Below, piece by piece: positions 33,695 to 43,505 of a stretch of 64,000 bases of DNA. Location of the stretch: assembly GCA_965219415.1 (NCBI GenBank), contig OZ244742.1, positions 1,856,001-1,920,000 of the forward strand, read 5' to 3'. Origin of the DNA: Candidatus Marinacidobacterales bacterium (GTDB lineage: Bacteria > Acidobacteriota > Vicinamibacteria > Marinacidobacterales > DATDRI01). Every line of letters starts with the position of its first letter. Position 1 is the first letter of the stretch. The translations under genes were made by a program, and so were the position numbers. Under the pieces are notes generated by a model. That model searched no databases. It worked only from the letters and a program-made list of their open reading frames with translations, and had not been told where the DNA came from.

Positions 33695-33924
33695 GATCGA
33701 TCTAGGCCCTGCTGGGCTGATCCGAAGCCGTAGCAAACGGGGAAATCCCTCATCCTCGCTATCCATTCTCTCACGCGGACAGTCGGAGTGCGGCACGGTG
33801 GGAGTCGGCATCTTGCGGGCCTTATCGGGACCGTAGAATCGGTCAACATTTCACCGATCTAGTGGAACGACGGTCCATTTCCTCCCGTCGCTAACCGTAG
33901 CCTTCTCCTAGGACAGGCGGAATC
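33695..33924 (+). ncRNA. Candidate structured non-coding element, copy C
   Basis: Aligns to 29757-29985. Stems atcggt/accgat and cgacgg/ccgtcg are perfect in this copy. Confidence 0.5.
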
Positions 33925-33927
33925 GGT

Positions 33928-34449
33928 TTGTCGCGGCGAGATGAGCGCGTTCGCTCAGCAAAATCAAGCTGGCTCTTCTTTCCCGAACTCGGGGTGAGCC
34001 CCGACCAAAGGGCGGTGGATCGGGTCACAGCAAGGATACAAAAAGCCTTTCGCCGAACGGCTAGACGGGCACAACTGCCGGGCCATTTCAGCGTTCATAG
34101 TCTGAGACACACCTACGCAAGCCTGTTACTCCAACAGGGGGAATCTACCGTCTACGTCCAGCGGCAACTGGGCCACTCCAGCATTCGGATAACGGTAGAC
34201 GTTTATGGCCGCTGGCTACCAATGGGCAACCGCGATGCTGTGGATCGTCTCGCAGGGATTAACGAATTTGTAGCGCGAGCGGCAAGTGGTAGCAAAATGG
34301 TAGCAAACGCGGCGAGAAAGAGCAGAAAGCCTTACGGACCAAGAAGAAATCAACCGAAATCGTCGAAAAGGATATTCTCCGGTTCCACTCCCAGGCCGTC
34401 GAGCATTTGCATGCAAGCCTTGAGCATGAGCGGTGGACCACAGAGGTAG
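33928..34449 (+). pseudogene. Tyrosine recombinase/integrase, C-terminal fragment
   Basis: HSLRHTYAS (H-x-x-R), LGH and the catalytic Tyr region 'ITVDVY'. The N-terminal and first-Arg regions are absent. The frame runs across the att site antisense into nqrF. Confidence 0.88.
34288..34375. repeat. att-like repeat copy 1 (functional nqrF end) with paired GGTAGCA arm-type repeats
   Basis: GGTAGCAaaatGGTAGCA at 34288-34305; core at 34321-34375. Confidence 0.85.
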
Positions 34450-35576
34450 TACTCGATGTCCTCGGGCGCGGGATGATCCTTCAGGTAGTTGTCGTAAACA
34501 ACCTGGTGGATGAAGCCGGTGTAGCCGGTCCAGTTGTCTTGGGGTAGCGGCTCGGAAAGGGCGAGATACCACTTGAAGTTGTCGAACTCTTTTTGAATCT
34601 TGTCGAAGTCCTCGATGTAGAACGCCTCGCGCAGACTCCGCGCCCCATACCAAAAGGTGATTTTACGCTCAGCGTCGATTCGGTAGAACTGATCGAAAAT
34701 GTGTGAGCGCATCGGCGCCATTCCGGCACCGCCGCCGATGAAGAGCATCTCCGCTTCGGTCTCCTTGGCGTAGAATTCGCCGAAGGGGCCGGAAATGGTC
34801 ACCTCGTCTCCTGGCTTCAAACCGAAGATGTAGGACGACATCTTGCCCGGCGGCGTACCTTCGGGAGCTCGCGGTGGCGGAGAGGCGACACGCACGTTGA
34901 GCAAAATGATCCCCTTCTCCTCCGGGTAGTTGGCCATCGAGAACGCACGAGTGACCGGCTCGTCCACGGTGGAGACGTAGCGCCACATGTTGAACTTGTC
35001 CCAATCCTCTCGGTATTCCTCTTCGACGTCGAAGTCCTTGTAGTTGACGACATGCGGCGGGGCCTCGATCTGTATGTATCCGCCGGCGCGGAACGGAACC
35101 GATTCCCCCGGGGGAAGCTCCAAGACCAGCTCCTTGATGAACGTAGCCACGTTGTGGTTCGAGCGAACCTTGCACGTCCACCTGCGAACATCGAAGACCT
35201 CGGCCAACACTTCGATCTTCATGTCCTGCTTGACCTTCACCTGGCACGACAGGCGGACGCCGTCGCGAGCTTCCCCCCGGCTGATATGGTTCTCCTCCAC
35301 CGGGACCATAGCGCCGCCGCCTTCTTTGACGGTGACCGTGCAAACACCGCACGTTCCCTTTCCTCCGCAGGCCGAGGGGATAAAGATCTTGTTCGCGGCT
35401 AACGTGCCCAACAATGTTCCCCCCGCCGGCGTGGTCAGCACCTTGTCCGGATCGTCGTTGACGGTGATGGCCACGTCCCCGGTGGCGACAAGCTCTCGCC
35501 GGGCGACCATCAACAAGCCCACCAGCGTCACGATGACGAAGGTGAACATGAAGACCCCGAGTGCGATAGTGACCAT
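34350..35576 (-). CDS. nqrF: Na+-translocating NADH:quinone reductase subunit F
   Basis: [10 protein letters not shown] 2Fe-2S motif, [23 protein letters not shown], terminal DDFG. Confidence 0.97.
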   Translation of the reverse strand: MVTIALGVFMFTFVIVTLVGLLMVARRELVATGDVAITVNDDPDKVLTTPAGGTLLGTLAANKIFIPSACGGKGTCGVCTVTVKEGGGAMVPVEENHISRGEARDGVRLSCQVKVKQDMKIEVLAEVFDVRRWTCKVRSNHNVATFIKELVLELPPGESVPFRAGGYIQIEAPPHVVNYKDFDVEEEYREDWDKFNMWRYVSTVDEPVTRAFSMANYPEEKGIILLNVRVASPPPRAPEGTPPGKMSSYIFGLKPGDEVTISGPFGEFYAKETEAEMLFIGGGAGMAPMRSHIFDQFYRIDAERKITFWYGARSLREAFYIEDFDKIQKEFDNFKWYLALSEPLPQDNWTGYTGFIHQVVYDNYLKDHPAPEDIEYYLCGPPLMLKACMQMLDGLGVEPENILFDDFG

Positions 35577-35589
35577 AGTGCGTCGTTTC

Positions 35590-36207
35590 CTAGAGCTGGA
35601 TGCCTCCGAAAGCCATGAATCCGATGGCCATCAGACCGGTGATGATGAACGTGATCCCCAAGCCGCGGAGGCCGGCGGGGATATTGCTGTAGCGAAGTCG
35701 CTCTCGAATGCCGGCCAGGGCGATGATGGCGAGCGCCCAGCCCACACCCGAGCCAAACCCGAAGACCACGCTCTCTCCGAACGCGTAGTTGCGCTCGACC
35801 ATAAAGAGTGACGCCCCCAAAATCGCGCAGTTTACGGCGATCAAGGGCAGAAACACGCCCAACGCCGCGTGCAGCGTGGGTAGGAAGCGATCGAGCGTCA
35901 TCTCCACGATCTGCACCATCGCCGCGATCGTGCCGATGTAGGTGAGAAAACCGAGAAAAGACAAATCGTAGGACGCCAGCTCCGGGCTGACCCAAGCCAG
36001 CGCGCCTTCCTTCAGTAGGTACGTGTAGATCAGAAAGTTCATGGGAACGGTGATGGTCAGAACGAAGACGACGGCGCTACCAAGACCGATCGCGGTGTCC
36101 ACCTTTCTCGACACCGCGAGAAAAGAGCACATACCCAAGAAAAAGGCGAGGGCCATGTTCTCGACGAAGATGCTCTTGATGGCTAGATTCAAATAGTGTT
36201 CGAACAT
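35590..36207 (-). CDS. nqrE: Na+-NQR subunit E
   Basis: [22 protein letters not shown]; operon position. Confidence 0.96.
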   Translation of the reverse strand: MFEHYLNLAIKSIFVENMALAFFLGMCSFLAVSRKVDTAIGLGSAVVFVLTITVPMNFLIYTYLLKEGALAWVSPELASYDLSFLGFLTYIGTIAAMVQIVEMTLDRFLPTLHAALGVFLPLIAVNCAILGASLFMVERNYAFGESVVFGFGSGVGWALAIIALAGIRERLRYSNIPAGLRGLGITFIITGLMAIGFMAFGGIQL

Positions 36208-36208
36208 G

Positions 36209-36835
36209 TCAATCCGCCTCCACTTGGTCCGGCTTCCAGGTTCTCAAGATCCAGATGAAGAGTCCAATTATGAAGAACGCGGCAGGTGACAACAGCATGA
36301 GAGCGTTGGGATTGTACCAACCGCCCTCGGTCACCAAAGGCATCAAGGTGATCCCGAACAGGGAGCCGGATCCAAACAACTCCCTCAAGAACGCAGTTAG
36401 CATGAGAATGAGCGAATACCCTAGGGCATTGCCGATCCCGTCCAACACGCTCTGCATCGGCGGGTTCTGCATCGCATAAGCCTCGGCGCGGCCCATGATG
36501 ATGCAGTTGGTGATGATGAGACCGACAAACACCGATAGCTGCTTCGAGATTTCGTAGACGTAGGCCTTGAGAATCTGATCGGTGACGATCACCAAGGACG
36601 CGATGATGGTCAGCTGCACGATGATCCGAATATTTGTTGGAATCTGATTTCGGAGCAGGCTGACGAATAGGTTGGACAGCGCCAGTACCGCGAGGACCGC
36701 CACGCTCATGACCAGAGCGGTGTCCATTTTCGTAGTCACCGCGAGTGCCGAGCAGATTCCCAACACTTGATAAGCGATTGGGTTGTTGTTGAAAAGCGGA
36801 TCGGCGAGCGCGTCTCGCGCCTTGCTAGTCATCAA
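36209..36835 (-). CDS. nqrD: Na+-NQR subunit D
   Basis: [25 protein letters not shown]. Confidence 0.96.
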   Translation of the reverse strand: MMTSKARDALADPLFNNNPIAYQVLGICSALAVTTKMDTALVMSVAVLAVLALSNLFVSLLRNQIPTNIRIIVQLTIIASLVIVTDQILKAYVYEISKQLSVFVGLIITNCIIMGRAEAYAMQNPPMQSVLDGIGNALGYSLILMLTAFLRELFGSGSLFGITLMPLVTEGGWYNPNALMLLSPAAFFIIGLFIWILRTWKPDQVEAD

Positions 36836-37617
36836 CTGACTCCTTCAGTTTTCCTCAATCGGTCGAGGTAAGGGCCGAAGCCATTTTCCGCAAGCCAGAA
36901 CTGAATCATGTTGGTCACGCCGCGGCTGGTGATGGTGGCACCCGAGAGACCGTCTACCCGATAGGGATCCTCGGCGGGCGGTCCGGCACGCCCCTTGACA
37001 ACGGTAACGACGGGTTTGTCTTCGTCGTCGAAGGCCAAGCGTCCGTCCCAACGAGCCTTCCAAATCGGATTATCGACCTCGCCGCCCAGACCCGGGGTCT
37101 CTTTGTGCTCGTAATAAGTGATGCCGCGGATGGTGTTGAGATCGGCACCATCCAGCGCCAGAAAACCGTAAAGGGTTCCCCAAAGGCCGTAGCCCTCGAT
37201 GGGCAGAATCAGAGTCTGAATCCCCCCGCTGTCATCTTGGAGCTGGTACACCAAGGCGTTGTCGGCGAGGCGCTGAACCCGCGAGCGATTGTCGGGGGCG
37301 GCTCGACTGGTACTGGGATCCATCGCTGCCTTCCAGTAATCGAAAGTCGCCGGATCGATTCCTTCTGTCTCTTCTCCCGTCTCGAGATCGATGACCACCT
37401 GCCGGACAGGCGTGAAGCGCTCCTCGATCTCTTGGCGGCTCAACTTTTCCTCGTCCTTCGCCAGCCCGGCGGCGATCAGCACATTCCGCTGCTTGTCCAG
37501 CGCCGCGTTGACATCTTGCCGGTCTTTCAGAGAGACCGCGGCCCATGAAACGAAAACCGCGCAGACAACCGACACCACGGCCGCGAACCACAGGTTGTAT
37601 TGGACGCTATGCTGCAT
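36832..37617 (-). CDS. nqrC: Na+-NQR subunit C
   Basis: [19 protein letters not shown]-attachment [10 protein letters not shown]. Confidence 0.96.
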   Translation of the reverse strand: MQHSVQYNLWFAAVVSVVCAVFVSWAAVSLKDRQDVNAALDKQRNVLIAAGLAKDEEKLSRQEIEERFTPVRQVVIDLETGEETEGIDPATFDYWKAAMDPSTSRAAPDNRSRVQRLADNALVYQLQDDSGGIQTLILPIEGYGLWGTLYGFLALDGADLNTIRGITYYEHKETPGLGGEVDNPIWKARWDGRLAFDDEDKPVVTVVKGRAGPPAEDPYRVDGLSGATITSRGVTNMIQFWLAENGFGPYLDRLRKTEGVS

Positions 37618-38827
37618 AGCGAGCCTTCCTACGTTTTATATTAGCCTGCACAACGAAATGGTCAATCACCGGAGCAAAGACGTTCATTAGCAGGATCGCC
37701 AGCATCATCCCTTCCGGATAGGCCGGATTGACAACCCGGATCAGCACCGCTAACACCCCGATTAAGAAACCGTAGATGTAGGCGCCACGGTTGGAAGTGG
37801 GAGCAGACACCGGGTCGGTCGCCATGTAAACCATGCCGAAGGCCCAGCCGCCCAGCACGAAGTGCCACCAGAAAGGCACGTCGAAGAAGGGATTTGTCGA
37901 AGAACCAACGCCGTTGAGGACGAGCGTCATGGCGATCGTTCCGAGGGCGACGCTCAGCATAATGCGCCACGAACCGATTCCGGTGATTACGAGAAGGAGC
38001 GCGCCAGCCAAACATGCAAGAGCGGACGTCTCTCCCATCGACCCCGGGACGAACCCTATAAAGGCATCCCACCAACCAACCCCCCCGGCAATGGCAGCTT
38101 GTCCACCTTCCACGGCGTTCGCCAGCCAGGTCGCGCCGCTTACCCCGTCGGCGGCCGTCACCGCGGCAATCCATACCTGATTTCCCGTGATCTCGGCAGG
38201 GTAGGCAAAGAACAGAAACGCGCGGGCAGTGAGGGCCGGGTTCAAGATGTTGAAACCCGTCCCCCCGAAGACCTCTTTACCAATAACCACACCAAAGGTG
38301 ATGCCGAGGGCGACCTGCCAGAGAGGGATATTGGGCGGAAGAATGAGTGGGAACAAGAACCCGGTGACCAAGAAACCCTCGTTCACCTCATGCTTCCGGA
38401 CCACAGCAAAGACGACCTCCCAGATGCCGCCAACCGCGAACGTGACGATGAACACCGGAAGGAAATAAAGCGCGCCGTGAACGATGCATGCCCAGACGTT
38501 TCCGGGATCGAGGCCTAACCCCAGCGCTCCCATCGCCTCGGTCTGCCACGTGGTTAGCGGAGCGGCCCCTTTCGAGATCGCGAGGTTCGCCTGGTAACCG
38601 GTGTTGTACAACGCCATGTACAGGCAGCCGGCCAGCGAGATCACGACCGTCATCATCATGCGCTTGAGATCGAGGCCGTCGCGCGCATGCGCGGCTCCCT
38701 TTGTGACCTCGCCCGGCGTGAACAAGAAGGTATCGTTCGCCTCCCAGAGCGGATAGAGCTTTTCGAGCTTTCCGCCTTTTTCGAAAAGCTTGGCCTGCTT
38801 GTCGAGTAGGTTGCGTAGGAGTTTCAT
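37607..38827 (-). CDS. nqrB: Na+-NQR subunit B
   Basis: [17 protein letters not shown]-attachment DGVSGAT, MATDPVS. Confidence 0.96.
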   Translation of the reverse strand: MKLLRNLLDKQAKLFEKGGKLEKLYPLWEANDTFLFTPGEVTKGAAHARDGLDLKRMMMTVVISLAGCLYMALYNTGYQANLAISKGAAPLTTWQTEAMGALGLGLDPGNVWACIVHGALYFLPVFIVTFAVGGIWEVVFAVVRKHEVNEGFLVTGFLFPLILPPNIPLWQVALGITFGVVIGKEVFGGTGFNILNPALTARAFLFFAYPAEITGNQVWIAAVTAADGVSGATWLANAVEGGQAAIAGGVGWWDAFIGFVPGSMGETSALACLAGALLLVITGIGSWRIMLSVALGTIAMTLVLNGVGSSTNPFFDVPFWWHFVLGGWAFGMVYMATDPVSAPTSNRGAYIYGFLIGVLAVLIRVVNPAYPEGMMLAILLMNVFAPVIDHFVVQANIKRRKARYAA

Positions 38828-38839
38828 GAGCAGGTTTGG

Positions 38840-40219
38840 CTAGCCTTCTTTCTCGACCGTGGTGAGGACGTCACGGAGAAACGGTCCGTAGTCGTTTTTC
38901 CCCGGGTCCACGAAAGTGCACAGTCCGAGATCCTCCTCGGCCAGCTCCAGGCACCCAAGTTCCTCGGCACGCACGACGTCGCGCATCAGGAGCGAACGCA
39001 GCATCGCCGTCGGCATGATGTCCATCGGCATCACCTTCTCATACATACCTATCGGAACGATGGCGCGGACCGATCCGTTGGTGGAGGTGGTGAACGCGAA
39101 CTTCTTCCCCGGGATGAGCTTGGACACAAAGGTATTAATGATAGAGAACTTGTCGAACCCAGGCCCCAACCAACCGAGAAACTCGCGCTCCCGCCCCTCG
39201 CGAAGAACGGTCACTTGTCGATCATACCGTCCGAGATAACCCAATATCTCTCCGGAAGCCTCGCGTCCCGAAAAGACAGAGCCTGAGATGACACGGTTCT
39301 CTCCTTCCCTTAGCTCGCCGTCAAGGAGATCCTCCGTCGACGCGCCCACCCTCGTCCGCACCAACCTAGGCTGCCGCACCGCCGGACCAGCGATTGCGAT
39401 CACACGCTCCACATCGAGCTTGCCGGTCTGAAAGAGCTTTCCGATCGCCACCACATCCTGATAGCCAGCGTGCCAGACCGTCTTGTTCCGATCGACGGGA
39501 TCCAAACGGTGGATGTGAAGGCCCACCGTGCCGGCGGGATGAGGGCCCTGGAACTCCTCGTGACGAAACGGATCATCTCGAGGTATTGGGACCCGGCTTC
39601 CTGGCGATGTGCAAACGAAGACCGGTCCGTCAGTCAACTTGGAGAGTGCGTTGAGACCCTGCTCGAAATCGGAATGTCGTCCTTCGAGCACAACGTCTAC
39701 CGAAGGCGCCAGGGGATGCGTGTCTATCGCGGCGACGAAAACCGAGTGCGGCTTGTCGTTGGGATGGGCGATGTGGCCGAAGGGGCGCCCGCGCAACGCA
39801 GTCCACATCCCGGACTCGATGAGGAGCCCAGCGACATCGTCCCGCGAAAGACCGTCCGGGTGCTTCCCGGTGAAGGACGAGAACGAGGCTTCTTCGGGCC
39901 CTCCACCCCGGCCCCCCCTTTCGTTCTGGCTCAGCTCGATGACGACAGATTGAAGAGCTCGGCGCTCGCCCCGATGAATGGCCGCCACCTTGCCCGCACC
40001 CGGCGACGTGTAGCCCACCCCGGGCGTCTTTTTGTCCTCGAAAAGGAGCTGGCCGTGGCGAACGTCGTCCCCTTCCGCGACGAGCATTGTGGGGCGCAAG
40101 CCCACGTTGTCACTGGCCAGGAGCGCGACCTTCCCTGGGGTGCCACCATCCTGAACGGCTTGCTCCGGCTCCCCCGAAATAGGCAGCCGAAGGCCCTTTC
40201 TGATCTTGTGTAGTCCCAT
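38840..40219 (-). CDS. nqrA: Na+-NQR subunit A
   Basis: [41 protein letters not shown]. Confidence 0.96.
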   Translation of the reverse strand: MGLHKIRKGLRLPISGEPEQAVQDGGTPGKVALLASDNVGLRPTMLVAEGDDVRHGQLLFEDKKTPGVGYTSPGAGKVAAIHRGERRALQSVVIELSQNERGGRGGGPEEASFSSFTGKHPDGLSRDDVAGLLIESGMWTALRGRPFGHIAHPNDKPHSVFVAAIDTHPLAPSVDVVLEGRHSDFEQGLNALSKLTDGPVFVCTSPGSRVPIPRDDPFRHEEFQGPHPAGTVGLHIHRLDPVDRNKTVWHAGYQDVVAIGKLFQTGKLDVERVIAIAGPAVRQPRLVRTRVGASTEDLLDGELREGENRVISGSVFSGREASGEILGYLGRYDRQVTVLREGREREFLGWLGPGFDKFSIINTFVSKLIPGKKFAFTTSTNGSVRAIVPIGMYEKVMPMDIMPTAMLRSLLMRDVVRAEELGCLELAEEDLGLCTFVDPGKNDYGPFLRDVLTTVEKEG

Positions 40220-40470
40220 TTATCCGCTTAGCAACGCGCTGGCTACCAACAAAACCCTATATTTTAGCGCAACCGCACGCCTCCCGAACACTATTATTGC
40301 TTCCAATCTAGATCGGTGCTCACGCCGGACCAGAAATGACCAAACCCGTGTCCAAATTAGCGACCAGGATTGCAGGTTTGCCCGTAGGGGCGGTCGCGTG
40401 CTAAAGACCAAACGTCTCGCTGGGGGACGCACGCACCCCGCACCCTGTCCCCGAGCTACAATAATAGGTA

Positions 40471-41430
40471 ATGCCTTTCGCAAGCCGTCGAAGACTCCGC
40501 CCCATGGGGCTCGGGGCCTTGTGGTTGCTCCTTTGCGGCCCTGCCATCGAAGGCGGCGAATCGAGCCCAAGGGCGAGGGTTCCTGCTTTAAGGCAGGAGA
40601 CGACGCGCTTCTCGGTAGACGTCAACGCCGTCGCCCTGGACGTCGTGGTGACCGACCGGAAGGGTCGATTCGTGAAGGGTTTGAAGGAAGAGGATTTCGT
40701 CGTTCTAGAAGACGGCGTTCCGCAAGAGTTGACATTCTTCACCTCCGGCAACACCCCAATCACCGTGCTTCTCCTCTTGGATAGCTCTGCCAGCGTCCGC
40801 TCGCACCAAGAAGAGGTTCAGAAGGACGCCAACCGGTTCATCAGCAAGCTGCAAAAGGGAGATCAGGCTCGAATCGGGTTGTTCCACAACGAGGTGATCT
40901 TCGGTCCCAGATTCACGGACGACATGGACGAACACATCGCAATGATCAACCGCATGCGCCCGCAACGCAGCACCCACCTCTACGACGCGCTCCTGAGTGG
41001 CCTCCACGAACTGTCTGTGATTCCCGATCGCAGGGCCCTGCTCGTATTCACCGATGGCGCCGACGGAGGCAGCACCGCGACCCGAGAGGATGTGCTGGAA
41101 GCGTCACGTCGATCCCAAGCCTCGGTATACACAGTCGGTCTCGTGGGGTGGAGCTTCGAGGAAGGGATGAACACCAACCAGCAGCTGCTCACGCAGATAG
41201 CCGAGTACACCGGGGGCCGTGCCTTCTTTCCGCAAAAGGAAAAGGAGATGCGGAAAGCCTTCGACCGCATCCGAGACGAGTTGCATCGCACTTATCGCTT
41301 GGCGTACTTCCCCCCAAGAAAGGTGGACCACGCCACCTGGCACTCGGTCGAAGTACAACTCGCTAAGCGCAAGAATCTCGTCGTGCGGACCCGCTTGGGA
41401 TACTACAGCTATCCCGGCCAGACACAGTAA
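40471..41430 (+). CDS. Secreted VWA-domain protein (acidobacterial VWFA-related type)
   Basis: 'VVVTDRKGRFVKGL..EDF', MIDAS DSSAS, THLYDAL, FTDG, TGGRAF. Start may be 40504. Confidence 0.9.
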   Translation: MPFASRRRLRPMGLGALWLLLCGPAIEGGESSPRARVPALRQETTRFSVDVNAVALDVVVTDRKGRFVKGLKEEDFVVLEDGVPQELTFFTSGNTPITVLLLLDSSASVRSHQEEVQKDANRFISKLQKGDQARIGLFHNEVIFGPRFTDDMDEHIAMINRMRPQRSTHLYDALLSGLHELSVIPDRRALLVFTDGADGGSTATREDVLEASRRSQASVYTVGLVGWSFEEGMNTNQQLLTQIAEYTGGRAFFPQKEKEMRKAFDRIRDELHRTYRLAYFPPRKVDHATWHSVEVQLAKRKNLVVRTRLGYYSYPGQTQ

Positions 41431-42195
41431 ATGATGACGTCGATTCGCCTCGCGCTGCTGTTCATCGCACTCTCATCCTCCTCTCAGGATCCCGATCGGC
41501 AGCTCCGCGACTGGTCGGCCTCGGGACGAACAGACGCGGTTCGCAAACTCCTGGCAGAGAGCGAAACCGTGGACGTCGGCACCCGCGATGGCATGGGTTG
41601 GACCCCTTTGATGTACGCGGCCGAATCCGGACACGCTGAGATCGTGGCTTTGCTCATCGAAGCCGGCGCCAACGTTTACTCCGAGAACAACGACGGCGCA
41701 ACGGCGCTTCATCTGGCGGCCGAGAAGGGCCGTACGAAAGTGGCGCGGATTCTTTTGAAGGCGGGAGCCGACTTCGACGCCCGGGATGGCGAGGATCGAA
41801 CGCCGCTGTACCGAGCGTTCGACAAGCGTCACGGAGAAATCATCGAGCTCCTGCAGCAAGCGGCCCTGAAGGAAGCCGATCGCAAGGCTTCGGTCGAGAC
41901 GGGGCGAGTGCAACAGGACACGCACCCCCCGAAGCTCATCGAGTCGTCTCCGGCCGAGTACACGAACATCGGTTTGAACCGCGGTATCGAAGGAACCGTC
42001 GTCCTCATGATCCTCGTCCGCAGGGATGGATCGGTCGAGCCGGTGAGCGTCTCGGAGGGGCTCGAGGAGACCCTCGACGAGAGCGCGCGGAGAACCGTCC
42101 GGAAATGGAAGTTCGAGCCCGCCACGCGAGCCGGGAGTCCGGTAGAAATCATCATGGAAGTAAGAATCGACTTCGAACTTCCGACGGAGCCGTGA
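41431..42195 (+). CDS. Ankyrin-repeat protein with C-terminal TonB-like domain
   Basis: GWTPLMYAA, GATALHLAA, RTPLY repeats, then 'GIEGTVVL..DGSV..WKFEPA'. Confidence 0.88.
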   Translation: MMTSIRLALLFIALSSSSQDPDRQLRDWSASGRTDAVRKLLAESETVDVGTRDGMGWTPLMYAAESGHAEIVALLIEAGANVYSENNDGATALHLAAEKGRTKVARILLKAGADFDARDGEDRTPLYRAFDKRHGEIIELLQQAALKEADRKASVETGRVQQDTHPPKLIESSPAEYTNIGLNRGIEGTVVLMILVRRDGSVEPVSVSEGLEETLDESARRTVRKWKFEPATRAGSPVEIIMEVRIDFELPTEP

Positions 42196-42223
42196 ATTCT
42201 GTTAAAGGGAGGGCGAAGCCTAT

Positions 42224-43399
42224 CTAGTTCTTGACCGCGGTAGTAAGCGTGTCCAGCTGCGCGCGCGCCGACAGGTAGTTGGGATCAACTTCGAGGGTTG
42301 CGCGGAACTCTTTGATCGCCTTCTCCGTATTGCCTTGCTTCAAATAGCACCAGCCCAGATAGTATCGAGCGTCGGCAAGGTCCGGCTCTTTGGAGATGGC
42401 TTTCTTGAACTGCCGGATCGCTTGGTCGTACTGCTCGAGCCGGAAATGAACCACGCCCAGGTGGTGAAAGAAATATCCGTTCGACCCGGAATTCTTGGTG
42501 GCGAGCTGGAACTCTTTGATCGCGTCCTCCTCCCGTCCCTGATAGAGGTAGGCCGCGCCGAGATTGGAATGCACGTCCCCGAAATTCGGCTCGTCCGCGA
42601 TCGCCTGCTTGTATTGCTCGATCGCTTCTTCGACATGACCGCGACGCCTTAGGGCCACTCCCAAGTTGTTCCGGGCGCGCACGAACTTGGGCATGATCTC
42701 TAGCGCGAGCTCATACATCTCCAGCTCTTTTTCCAGAGGATCGAAACCGAGGTCCTTCCCTTCCGTCTCGGTGAAGTAACCGTAGAGGAAGCCCTGGTTG
42801 TTGTAGAAGTTCGCGATCGCCTCCAGGTCATCGATGACGTCGTACCCAATGTATTCTCGCTCCGGCGTGCGCGTGAAATCGATAATGGCGATCTTGGTTC
42901 CCTTTCGGTACCCGGCGGTGATGTGCCCATTGTTGACAATGACTTCCGCCTCTCTCGACACGCGCTCGATCATCGTCACGTCGACGTAGACCGCTTCGAT
43001 TCCTACTTCTCGGGCCATCCCCACGAATAGATTCGAATAGGCCAGGCAATTTCCGCGGCCCTCCCGGAAGACTTCCTTTGCGGTCTTGTTGGAAAGCCAG
43101 TCGTAGGAGATGGAAAGACCGGTCAGATCGATAATCTTGTTGACGATCGCGCGCACTTTGGTGCTGTCATCACTGGCGCTATTGGTGATGTCATGGGCGA
43201 CCTGGCGGATCTCGTCATCGATCTCGAAAGGGATAACGACCTGGTCTCGCATTTGAGTGGAGACGCGATCGTCATAGGCCGCGGCCACCTCGTCGGTCGT
43301 GTAGATCTTCTTCTCCGCCGAGAGGCAGGCGTTCAGCAGAAAAACTGGAAGGGTGGCCAACAAGAGTAGCCGAGTGTGGGTCCAAAACATCGGTGTCAC
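42224..43399 (-). CDS. Transglutaminase-like domain plus TPR-repeat lipoprotein
   Basis: Lipobox LNAC, GNCLAYS...GH...IDF putative Cys-His-Asp triad, several TPRs. Confidence 0.82.
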   Translation of the reverse strand: MTPMFWTHTRLLLLATLPVFLLNACLSAEKKIYTTDEVAAAYDDRVSTQMRDQVVIPFEIDDEIRQVAHDITNSASDDSTKVRAIVNKIIDLTGLSISYDWLSNKTAKEVFREGRGNCLAYSNLFVGMAREVGIEAVYVDVTMIERVSREAEVIVNNGHITAGYRKGTKIAIIDFTRTPEREYIGYDVIDDLEAIANFYNNQGFLYGYFTETEGKDLGFDPLEKELEMYELALEIMPKFVRARNNLGVALRRRGHVEEAIEQYKQAIADEPNFGDVHSNLGAAYLYQGREEDAIKEFQLATKNSGSNGYFFHHLGVVHFRLEQYDQAIRQFKKAISKEPDLADARYYLGWCYLKQGNTEKAIKEFRATLEVDPNYLSARAQLDTLTTAVKN

Positions 43400-43410
43400 C
43401 GATAGAAACC

Positions 43411-43419
43411 ATTATAGCA
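43411..43419 (-). promoter_or_regulatory. Extended -10 promoter element TGCTATAAT
   Basis: Exact TGnTATAAT just upstream of the TPR gene. An interrupted palindrome atcggtg-t-caccgat lies at 43389-43403. Confidence 0.55.
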
Positions 43420-43505
43420 CGGACCCTTTCGCCACAAGATTAGTCCAACCTACGGCTAGACGGCACGCGGCGCTAGCCCCTAAAGAGTGCTATATTTAGC
43501 GGTTT

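Noticed and set aside
29508-34375. Three repeats read as a CRISPR array
   Set aside because: Spacing is over 2 kb, the repeat equals the nqrF 3' end, and no cas genes are present.
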